Positions 14,383 through 21,549 of a DNA stretch of 32,000 nucleotides are shown piece after piece. Position 1 is the stretch's first letter. Each line of letters opens with the position of its first letter. The translations under genes and the position numbers were made by a program. Under the pieces are notes generated by a model, which was not told where the DNA came from, searched no databases, and was given only the letters and a program-made list of their open reading frames with translations. The stretch comes from Xylanibacter ruminicola 23 (GTDB lineage Bacteria > Bacteroidota > Bacteroidia > Bacteroidales > Bacteroidaceae): NCBI RefSeq assembly GCF_000025925.1, contig NC_014033.1, positions 3,330,001 to 3,362,000 on the forward strand. Reading direction: 5' to 3'.

Positions 14383-15645
14383 TCAGATGCTGGCAAAGAT
14401 GCTACTCTTTGTTTCTAACTCTGAAAGACTAAGTTTTTTAGGGTTCCTTTTAATTTCGGCAGCAATACCAGTGTGCTCAAATTCATTGAGGGCAATCATA
14501 TCTATCTCATTCTCACCTTTACGATTCCACCAATTCCCCACTATCGTATATTGCCCCGATTCCATAGCTTGTTGTTGAAAGAACTGTTCAAGTGTACGCC
14601 CTGTAAACTGTTCATAACCTTTCCCCATATTCTGTCGCAACAAGGAAAGTTGCTGGCGTTCCACAAGTGCCTGATATGGCCACACAAAGCGGAACCAGAA
14701 ACGTAGGAACTGGTCGGAAATCTCGTAAGCACTGGTTTTGCTGTTAGGTTTGGCCAGTAGGGGTTTTAGACGCGAGATGATGTTATAGTTGTTTTCAAGA
14801 TTCTGGATGAAAGTACCCATATCCTTTTGCATTGCGCCGTCTATATCCGAACGCCTGGTCATACCTCCCGCTATTAGCTGGAGAATAGAAAAGTATGTGC
14901 TACTCTCATCGCCAAACTCCTGAATCATCAGATCGCGACCCTCTGAGAGAAAATAAGAATCCTGCCTGCATACAAAGTTTAGCATTTTCTCCTTTGTATA
15001 ACATCCTGCATCCATCAAAAGCTCTACGTATTTTGCCACTCCACCAGTAATCATATAGAGGCAAAGCAAGTCCTCATTGTTATAATGCGGGTGATGGTCG
15101 CCGAATATCTGCTTCAGTACATTAATAGAGAAAGGTAACAGTGTGAATTTTGAGGTGGGGCGTCCATAGAGCGGTTCGTTTCTATCTTCGAAGATACGTT
15201 TCATCAACGAACGGATACTACCCATCGTTATCAGGTTAATATGTGAGTCACGATGATACCTGTCCCAAATGTCTTGCATCTCACTAAAGATGGCTGGATT
15301 TACTTTATAGAAGTTCTGAAACTCATCAAAAACAATAGAAAAATGGCGATGTACCGATTCTCTCATAATAACCTCGAACACATCACGGAAGTGCGACAAT
15401 CGACCATATACCTGTATACCTACCTGTTCCTGGAGTGTTTGCTGAAACTTATGGCAAAGCATGGCTTCGCTATCTTTCGCCACAAAAAGATAAGCAAACT
15501 GGCACCCCTCCAAGGCTTTTATCACAAGCGACGTTTTACCAACTCGGCGTCTACCCATCAGTACTGTAAACACAGCATGCTGTTCGGCCTGCTTCTCATT
15601 CTGCTTCAGAATCTCCATCTCTGCTTTGCGATCATAAAACTTCAT
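14383..15645 (-). CDS. Arch_ATPase-type ATP-binding protein with C-terminal DUF234 / PD-(D/E)xK nuclease-like module
   Basis: 420-aa ORF. Walker A GRRRVGKTS and Walker B-like SIVFDEFQN. The C-terminal WWNRKGENEIDMIALNEFEHTGIAAEIKRN supplies a D...E.K signature. Confidence 0.85.
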   Translation of the reverse strand: MKFYDRKAEMEILKQNEKQAEQHAVFTVLMGRRRVGKTSLVIKALEGCQFAYLFVAKDSEAMLCHKFQQTLQEQVGIQVYGRLSHFRDVFEVIMRESVHRHFSIVFDEFQNFYKVNPAIFSEMQDIWDRYHRDSHINLITMGSIRSLMKRIFEDRNEPLYGRPTSKFTLLPFSINVLKQIFGDHHPHYNNEDLLCLYMITGGVAKYVELLMDAGCYTKEKMLNFVCRQDSYFLSEGRDLMIQEFGDESSTYFSILQLIAGGMTRRSDIDGAMQKDMGTFIQNLENNYNIISRLKPLLAKPNSKTSAYEISDQFLRFWFRFVWPYQALVERQQLSLLRQNMGKGYEQFTGRTLEQFFQQQAMESGQYTIVGNWWNRKGENEIDMIALNEFEHTGIAAEIKRNPKKLSLSELETKSSIFASI

Positions 15646-15646
15646 A

Positions 15647-15666
15647 ATATAAATCCGGATTTATAT
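15647..15666. promoter_or_regulatory. Perfect 20-nt palindrome ATATAAATCCGGATTTATAT abutting the ATPase start codon
   Basis: Self-complementary over all 20 nt. It occupies -2 to -21 relative to the ATG at 15645 (minus strand), i.e. the ribosome-loading region or an operator position. Confidence 0.5.
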
Positions 15667-15771
15667 AAATTGTCATTTATATTTCTGCTGCAAAGTAACA
15701 AAAAAAACTTCATATCTCCAAATATTATGGCTATTTTTTAATAGTTTACCTCACATTTGGACGAAAACTAG

Positions 15772-15811
15772 TAAAAATAGCGATAGCCTACTGACGAATA
15801 TAGGCTATCGC
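15772..15811 (-). terminator. Rho-independent terminator of the OM beta-barrel gene
   Basis: The minus strand reads GCGATAGCCTA-TATTCGTCAG-TAGGCTATCGC followed by TATTTTTAC. This is an 11-bp perfect stem (15780-15790 with 15801-15811), 37 nt after the stop at 15848. Confidence 0.55.
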
Positions 15812-15817
15812 AAATAT
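15800..15817. repeat. Direct repeat flanking the ATPase gene, right copy (ATAGGCTATCGCAAATAT)
   Basis: See 14320-14338. This copy also forms the right arm of the terminator hairpin. Confidence 0.8.
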
Positions 15818-15847
15818 GCCAGGGGGCACTTTATTCCGTGGCATGCA

Positions 15848-16381
15848 CTATTTCTTGCTATGGAAAGAGTAACCAATAGTAAGGCCTACATGCGAGTAGT
15901 ATTTCTTACTGATGTGGGCATCAAGGGTGAGGCGCAGGTGGCGGGCAAATTCTACACCTGCTCTTGGAATGATGCAGAGAGTTGTGCCCTCATCACCTAA
16001 GCTGCCCTTGATTTGTTGGCAATTCGCAACTCCAAGGCCAAGACCGATGAATGGTGATACCTTCGAGCCACGATTTATCTGATAGTCGGATAGTATAGCA
16101 AGCGATATCGTTCGGTTGCTGAGCGACTTGTCATCTTCGGCATGTCTTACAGCGCTGCCGATATATAGTTCTGCACCAACGTCCATCGGCAGCCGTTTCA
16201 GATTCCATCGCGATTCAAGTCCCAAGTTAACGCCTAACTTGTTGCTGATTCCCGATTCGCTATCCAACGGTAAATTGGTTCCTGCTTTTACTTCAAACTC
16301 AAACGGAGCAACACTCTGCTGGGCCCTGCTTGGCATAACGGCCATCAGGGCCATACATAATACAAGTTGTAATTTCTTCAT
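15848..16381 (-). CDS. Small outer-membrane beta-barrel protein (OmpW/OmpA-barrel-like, 8-strand class)
   Basis: The track ORF extends to 16522. The internal ATG at 16381 gives a clean signal peptide MKKLQLVLCMALMAVMPSRAQQ. The rest shows alternating-hydrophobic beta-strand sequence with G-rich turns and ends in GLTIGYSF-HSKK. A -7 box lies 30 nt upstream of 16381. Confidence 0.75.
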   Translation of the reverse strand: MKKLQLVLCMALMAVMPSRAQQSVAPFEFEVKAGTNLPLDSESGISNKLGVNLGLESRWNLKRLPMDVGAELYIGSAVRHAEDDKSLSNRTISLAILSDYQINRGSKVSPFIGLGLGVANCQQIKGSLGDEGTTLCIIPRAGVEFARHLRLTLDAHISKKYYSHVGLTIGYSFHSKK

Positions 16382-16411
16382 CTTTATTTTATTGGTTTGT
16401 AAATTCACGTG

Positions 16412-16419
16412 CAAAGGTA
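16412..16419 (-). promoter_or_regulatory. Putative -7 promoter box (TACCTTTG) for the OM beta-barrel gene
   Basis: Reverse complement of caaaggta. It supports the 16381 start over 16522. Confidence 0.45.
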
Positions 16420-16550
16420 CAACAATTAGTTGGAATATACTCAAGAAAATCCCTATATAGTGGTAGGTAATCCCCCTAAAGTAGCCATTGATGGTACAAA
16501 TAATAAAGTTTATGATACTCACGGAATAGAGGGTTTGGGGGATTTGTTGT

Positions 16551-16558
16551 AACTTTGC
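16551..16558 (+). promoter_or_regulatory. Putative -7 promoter box (TAACTTTG) for the GH10-CE1 gene
   Basis: Exact TAnnTTTG match 39 nt upstream of the ATG at 16598. Confidence 0.5.
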
Positions 16559-16597
16559 AGCCGAATAGATTAATAAACAGAAATCAAATTAGCAAAT

Positions 16598-18778
16598 ATG
16601 AAGAAACTATTAGTAGCGTTATCGCTTATCGCCGGTAGCCTGACAGCATCGGCACAGTGGGGACGTCCTGTAGATTATGCAGCAGGTCCTGGACTTAAGG
16701 ATGCTTACAAGGATTATTTTACTGTAGGTGTGGCTGTAAACAAGTTCAACATCTCTGATCCTGCTCAGACTGCAATCGTAAAGAAGCAGTTTAACAGCGT
16801 TACTGCCGAGAATGCTTGGAAACCAGGCGAGATTCATCCCAAAGAGGGTGTGTGGAACTTTGGCTTGGCCGACAGCATTGCCAACTTCTGCCGCGAAAAC
16901 GGTATCAAGATGCGTGGTCACTGCTTGTGCTGGCACTCACAGTTTGCCGACTGGATGTTTACCGATAAGAAGGGTAAGCCAGTAAAGAAAGAGGTATTCT
17001 ACCAGCGTTTGCGCGAGCATATCCACACCGTGGTTAACCGCTATAAGGACGTGGTTTATGCTTGGGACGTAGTAAACGAGGCTATGGCCGATGACGGTCG
17101 TCCATTCGAGTTTGTTGATGGTAAGATGGTGCCTGCCAGCCCTTATCGTCAGAGCCGTCATTTTAAGCTTTGTGGCGATGAGTTTATTGCTAAGGCTTTT
17201 GAGTTTGCACGCGAGGCCGACCCAACAGGTGTGCTGATGTACAACGACTACAGCTGTGTTGACGAGGGTAAGCGCGAGCGTATATATAATATGGTGAAGA
17301 AGATGAAGGAGGCTGGTGTGCCCATCGATGGTATCGGCATGCAGGGTCACTATAACATCTACTTCCCTGATGAGGAGAAGCTGGAGAAGGCCATCAACCG
17401 TTTCAGCGAGATTGTAAACACTATCCACATTACAGAGCTGGATCTGCGTACCAATACCGAGAGCGGTGGTCAGCTGATGTTCTCGCGTGGCGAGGCTAAA
17501 CCACAGCCTGGTTATATGCAGACACTGCAGGAGGACCAGTATGCCCGTTTGTTCAAGATATTCCGTAAGCATAAGGATGTGATTAAGAACGTTACATTCT
17601 GGAACCTGAGCGATAAGGACTCTTGGCTGGGTGTAAACAATCACCCACTGCCTTTCGACGAGAACTTCAAGGCTAAGCGCTCGCTGCAGATTATCCGCGA
17701 CTTTGATGCCGCTATGGACAATCGCAAGCCAAAAGAGGACTTTGTGCCCAACCCCATGAACCAGCCCGGACAGGAGTATCCTATGGTTAACTCTGAGGGT
17801 TACGCCCGCTTCCGTGTTGAGGCTCCCGATGCTAAGTCGGTAATTGTAAGCCTGGGTCTTGGTGGCCGTGGCGGTACCGTACTGCGCAAGGATAAAAATG
17901 GTGTTTGGACTGGTACTACCGAGGGCCCAATGGATCCTGGTTTCCACTACTATCACCTGACTATCGATGGTGGCGTGTTTAACGATCCTGGTACACACAA
18001 CTACTTCGGTTCTTGCCGTTGGGAGAGTGGTATCGAGATTCCTGCCAAGGATCAGGACTTCTACGCTTATCGCAAGGATATCAACCATGGTAACATCCAG
18101 CAGGTAACCTTCTGGAGCGAGAGCACTGGTAAGATGCAGACTGCCAATGTTTATCTGCCTTACGGTTACGGCAAGGTGGTAAAGGGTAAGCAGGAGCGCT
18201 ATCCTGTACTGTACCTGCAGCACGGTTGGGGTGAGAACGAAACCAGCTGGCCTGTACAGGGTAAGGCTGGACTCATCATGGACAACCTGATTGCCGATGG
18301 TAAGATTAAGCCATTTATCGTAGTAATGGCCTACGGACTGACTAACGACTTTAAGTTCGGTTCAATCGGTAAGTTTACTGCCGAGGAGTTTGAGAAGGTA
18401 CTCATCGACGAACTGATTCCTACTATCGATAAGAACTTCCTGACCAAGGCCGACAAGTGGAACCGTGCGATGGCAGGTCTGTCGATGGGTGGTATGGAAA
18501 CCAAGCTCATCACCCTGCGCCGTCCTGAGATGTTCGGTTACTGGGGATTGCTGAGTGGTGGCACCTATATGCCCGAGGAAATTAAGGATCCTAAGGCTGT
18601 GAAGTATATCTTCGTAGGTTGTGGCGACAAGGAGAACCCAGAGGGCATCAACAAGAGCGTTGAGGCACTGAAGGCTGCTGGATTTAAGGCCGAAGGTCTG
18701 GTTTCTGAGGGCACTGCACACGAGTTCCTGACATGGCGTCGTTGCCTTGAAAAGATGGCTCAGAGTCTCTTTAAGTAA
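16598..18778 (+). CDS. Bifunctional endo-1,4-beta-xylanase (GH10) / esterase (CE1-type, feruloyl/acetyl-xylan esterase-like)
   Basis: 726-aa ORF with a signal peptide. GH10 catalytic motifs WDVVNEA (acid/base) and ITELDLR (nucleophile). An Ig-like linker domain is followed by an esterase with GLSMGG (GxSxG) and a C-terminal His (GTAHEF). The architecture matches the xylanase-ferulic acid esterase fusion described in Prevotella ruminicola (from memory). Confidence 0.9.
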   Translation: MKKLLVALSLIAGSLTASAQWGRPVDYAAGPGLKDAYKDYFTVGVAVNKFNISDPAQTAIVKKQFNSVTAENAWKPGEIHPKEGVWNFGLADSIANFCRENGIKMRGHCLCWHSQFADWMFTDKKGKPVKKEVFYQRLREHIHTVVNRYKDVVYAWDVVNEAMADDGRPFEFVDGKMVPASPYRQSRHFKLCGDEFIAKAFEFAREADPTGVLMYNDYSCVDEGKRERIYNMVKKMKEAGVPIDGIGMQGHYNIYFPDEEKLEKAINRFSEIVNTIHITELDLRTNTESGGQLMFSRGEAKPQPGYMQTLQEDQYARLFKIFRKHKDVIKNVTFWNLSDKDSWLGVNNHPLPFDENFKAKRSLQIIRDFDAAMDNRKPKEDFVPNPMNQPGQEYPMVNSEGYARFRVEAPDAKSVIVSLGLGGRGGTVLRKDKNGVWTGTTEGPMDPGFHYYHLTIDGGVFNDPGTHNYFGSCRWESGIEIPAKDQDFYAYRKDINHGNIQQVTFWSESTGKMQTANVYLPYGYGKVVKGKQERYPVLYLQHGWGENETSWPVQGKAGLIMDNLIADGKIKPFIVVMAYGLTNDFKFGSIGKFTAEEFEKVLIDELIPTIDKNFLTKADKWNRAMAGLSMGGMETKLITLRRPEMFGYWGLLSGGTYMPEEIKDPKAVKYIFVGCGDKENPEGINKSVEALKAAGFKAEGLVSEGTAHEFLTWRRCLEKMAQSLFK

Positions 18779-18871
18779 GGAAAAGTGCGAAAAAAGTGTG
18801 ATTTTTTAGTGGTTGAAACAAAATAAAAAGTAAATGTAACATGAGGATAAGCCACTTTCGAAAAAATACAC

Positions 18872-18879
18872 TAACTTTG
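18872..18879 (+). promoter_or_regulatory. Orphan -7-like box (TAACTTTG) inside the GH10/GH95 spacer
   Basis: Exact TAnnTTTG match with no ORF downstream before the terminator at 18947-18991. Confidence 0.3.
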
Positions 18880-18946
18880 CACCCAGATAAAATAAAGAAT
18901 CGGTTAAAATTGTTTTAGTTATATTAGTAGTTAGTAGTTTTTCCTT

Positions 18947-18991
18947 CCCTGGGACTAAAGAAAGGCGTTTCTTGTCCCAGGGTTATTTTTT
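18947..18991 (+). terminator. Strong Rho-independent terminator
   Basis: CCCTGGGAC-T-AAAGAAA-GGCG-TTTCTT-GTCCCAGGG, i.e. a 9-bp outer stem (18947-18955 with 18974-18982) plus a 6-bp inner stem (AAGAAA 18958-18963 with TTTCTT 18968-18973), followed by TTATTTTTT. Confidence 0.7.
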
Positions 18992-19009
18992 AAATTCATA
19001 AATTATTTG

Positions 19010-19017
19010 TATCTTTG
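19010..19017 (+). promoter_or_regulatory. Putative -7 promoter box (TATCTTTG) for the GH95 gene
   Basis: Exact TAnnTTTG match 29 nt upstream of the ATG at 19047. Confidence 0.5.
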
Positions 19018-19046
19018 CAGCGAAATTTAAAACCAATAGTATATAT

Positions 19047-21512
19047 ATGAAACGATTATTGACTATCCTTGCCAGTGTGTGTGTAGCACTTGTGGTTAAT
19101 GCCCAGCAGCACAAGCTGTGGTACAGTAAGCCTGCCGCTCAGTGGTTAGAAGCCCTGCCTATAGGCAATTCGCACTTAGGTGCCATGGTGTATGGCGGTA
19201 TCGGTACAGAGCAGATACAGCTGAACGAAGAAACCTTCTGGAGCGGCTCGCCGCACAATAACAACAATCCTGATGCCAAGGTGGCTATGAAGGATGTGCG
19301 ACGCCTGATTTTTGAAGGCAAAGAAAAGGAAGCCGAGGCGCTGATTGACAAGACTTTCTTTAAAGGACCCCATGGACAAAAGTATCTGCCCCTGGGCGAC
19401 CTGATGCTTTCTTTCGACTACCAAAATGGGGCTGAACCAAGCAATTATCGTCGCGAACTGAATCTGGGTGATGCTTTGTGTACCACCAGTTTTGATGTGG
19501 CTGATGTGAAATATATTCGTACAGCCTTTGCCTCGCAGGCCGATAACGCCATTATCATACAGCTGACTGCCAGCAAGAAGAAAGCCCTGAACTTCGGGGT
19601 GAGCTATCAGCGCAACCAGCAGGCTGTTGAGGGCGGTGCTGTGGCCAAGAACGAGCATGCCTATATTATTAATAATGTAGAGCACGAGGGTATCGCTGGC
19701 AAGCTGCAGGCCGAGGTGCGTGTAAAAGTAGTGGCCGATGGAACTGTGACCGATATGGGCAGCGATATGCAGGTGCGAAATGCTACCAATGCCACTATCT
19801 TTATTACGGCGGCTACCAACTACGTGAACTATCAGACTATTAACGGCGATCCGGTTGCGAAAAACAACCTGACCATGCAGTTGCTGAAAGGCAAGAACTA
19901 CAAGCAACTGTTGAAACGCCATCTGGATAAGTATCAGGATCAGTACGATCGTGTGTCGCTGTCGTTAGCCAAATCGGCGCAGTCGGAGCTGCCTACCGAT
20001 GAACGTCTGGCAGCTTTCGATGGTACCGATCTGGATATGGTGTCGCTGATGATGCAGTACGGACGATACCTGCTGATATCATCGTCGCAGCCTGGTGGTC
20101 AGCCTGCCAACCTGCAGGGGGTATGGAACCATAAGATGGATCCCGCTTGGGACTCGAAATATACCATCAACATCAATGCCGAGATGAACTACTGGCCTGC
20201 CAATGTGGGTAATCTGGCTGAGACACAGGAGCCACTGTTCTCGATGATTCGCGACCTGAGTGTCACAGGCGCTAAAACGGCTCGTACCATGTACAACTGT
20301 CCGGGTTGGGTGGCGCATCATAATACCGACCTGTGGCGTATTGCCGGTCCTGTGGATGGTACCAGCTGGGGAATGTTCCCAACAGGTGGTGCCTGGCTTA
20401 CCACGCACCTGTGGCAGTACTACCTGTATACTGGCGACAAGCGATTCCTTGATGCTTGCTATCCCATCCTGAAAGGAGCTTCCGATTTCCTGCTGTCGTA
20501 TATGCAGGAATATCCAAAGAACGGCGAAGTGAAGCAGGCTGCCGGCTGGCTGGTAACGGTGCCAACAGTATCGCCTGAACATGGACCAGTAGGCAAGAAC
20601 ACCACCGTAACAGCTGGATCAACAATGGACAACCAGATAGTGTTTGATGTGCTGAGCAGTACCCTGAGGGCACACCAGATACTGGGCTATAATAATGTGG
20701 TTTATACCACCATGCTGAGCAATGCCATTGCCAAGCTACCACCTATGCAGATAGGTAGATACGGACAGTTGCAGGAGTGGCTGATTGATGGCGACGATCC
20801 AAAAGATGAGCATCGCCATATATCGCATCTGTACGGCTTGTATCCTTCGAACCAGATATCTCCCTACAGTCATCCCGATCTGTTTACCGCTGCGTCTAAC
20901 ACCCTGAACCAGCGCGGCGATATGGCTACTGGCTGGAGTCTGGGTTGGAAGATCAACTTCTGGGCACGTATGCAGGATGGCAACCATGCCTTTAAGATTA
21001 TCAAGAACATGCTGAACGTGATACCCAGCACCACAGAGTGGGGGCGCAGTGGCGGTACCTATCCCAACTTGTTTGATGCCCATCCACCATTCCAGATTGA
21101 TGGTAACTTCGGTTGCTCGGCTGGCGTATGCGAGATGCTGTTGCAGAGTCATGATGGCGCTGTACACCTGTTGCCCGCCCTGCCTGATAGTTGGAAAGAT
21201 GGCGAGGTGAGTGGACTGGTGGCCAGAGGTGCCTTTACGGTAAGTATGAAGTGGCACCAGGGTGAACTGACCGAGGCTACTATATACTCGAAGATTGGCG
21301 GACAGCTGCGTCTGCGTTCGTATGTGCCATTGCAGGGGGCTGGTTTGAAGCCGGCTCAGGGTGAGTGCAGTAACGAGCTGTTGGCACCTGCTGCCATCCG
21401 CGAGCCATTGGTGTCGGAAGAGCTGAAGGACTTTAAGACACTGCCCATCCGCAAGGTGTACGAGTATGATATCATGACCGCACCGGGGAAAACGTATTAC
21501 ATTAAACATTAA
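19047..21512 (+). CDS. Glycoside hydrolase family 95 (alpha-L-fucosidase/alpha-L-galactosidase type)
   Basis: 821-aa ORF with a signal peptide. The N-terminal signature [30 protein letters not shown]...[11 protein letters not shown] is typical of GH95 N-domains. The length and (alpha/alpha)6-like central region are consistent. Confidence 0.8.
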   Translation: MKRLLTILASVCVALVVNAQQHKLWYSKPAAQWLEALPIGNSHLGAMVYGGIGTEQIQLNEETFWSGSPHNNNNPDAKVAMKDVRRLIFEGKEKEAEALIDKTFFKGPHGQKYLPLGDLMLSFDYQNGAEPSNYRRELNLGDALCTTSFDVADVKYIRTAFASQADNAIIIQLTASKKKALNFGVSYQRNQQAVEGGAVAKNEHAYIINNVEHEGIAGKLQAEVRVKVVADGTVTDMGSDMQVRNATNATIFITAATNYVNYQTINGDPVAKNNLTMQLLKGKNYKQLLKRHLDKYQDQYDRVSLSLAKSAQSELPTDERLAAFDGTDLDMVSLMMQYGRYLLISSSQPGGQPANLQGVWNHKMDPAWDSKYTININAEMNYWPANVGNLAETQEPLFSMIRDLSVTGAKTARTMYNCPGWVAHHNTDLWRIAGPVDGTSWGMFPTGGAWLTTHLWQYYLYTGDKRFLDACYPILKGASDFLLSYMQEYPKNGEVKQAAGWLVTVPTVSPEHGPVGKNTTVTAGSTMDNQIVFDVLSSTLRAHQILGYNNVVYTTMLSNAIAKLPPMQIGRYGQLQEWLIDGDDPKDEHRHISHLYGLYPSNQISPYSHPDLFTAASNTLNQRGDMATGWSLGWKINFWARMQDGNHAFKIIKNMLNVIPSTTEWGRSGGTYPNLFDAHPPFQIDGNFGCSAGVCEMLLQSHDGAVHLLPALPDSWKDGEVSGLVARGAFTVSMKWHQGELTEATIYSKIGGQLRLRSYVPLQGAGLKPAQGECSNELLAPAAIREPLVSEELKDFKTLPIRKVYEYDIMTAPGKTYYIKH

Positions 21513-21549
21513 ACATTAAAGATTAAAGATTAAACATTAAAGATGAAAT
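21501..21549. repeat. Heptanucleotide tandem repeat (ATTAAAS)x6 + degenerate 7th unit, spanning the GH95 stop and GH3 start
   Basis: ATTAAAC ATTAAAC ATTAAAG ATTAAAG ATTAAAC ATTAAAG ATGAAAT. The GH95 stop TAA is 21510-21512 and the GH3 ATG is 21543-21545. Confidence 0.9.

Noticed and set aside
15839-15858. Sigma-54-like TGGCAT...TTGC near the end of the OM barrel gene (and TGGCAT at 14312-14317)
   Set aside because: The GG-to-GC spacing is 17 nt instead of the canonical 12. The site lies across the stop codon of a gene, and no enhancer-binding protein gene is in the window.
16382-16522. N-terminal 47-aa extension of the OM beta-barrel ORF (track start 16522)
   Set aside because: The extension (MSIINFIICTINGYF...) is not signal-peptide-like. 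It also contains the gene's own -7 box (16412-16419). The internal ATG at 16381 gives a canonical signal peptide.
16937-18223. Long antisense ORFs inside well-supported genes: 16937-18223(-) 428 aa in GH10-CE1, 25554-27308(+) 584 aa in the HTCS, 22284-23321(-) 345 aa and 21564-22145(-) in GH3, and 19176-19922(-), 20079-20582(-) and 20736-21509(-) in GH95
   Set aside because: Their translations are L/V/H/Q/G-rich and low in information, with no recognisable motifs, signal peptides or promoter boxes. They sit exactly opposite genes with strong family signatures. These are typical stop-poor shadow frames of codon-biased genes.
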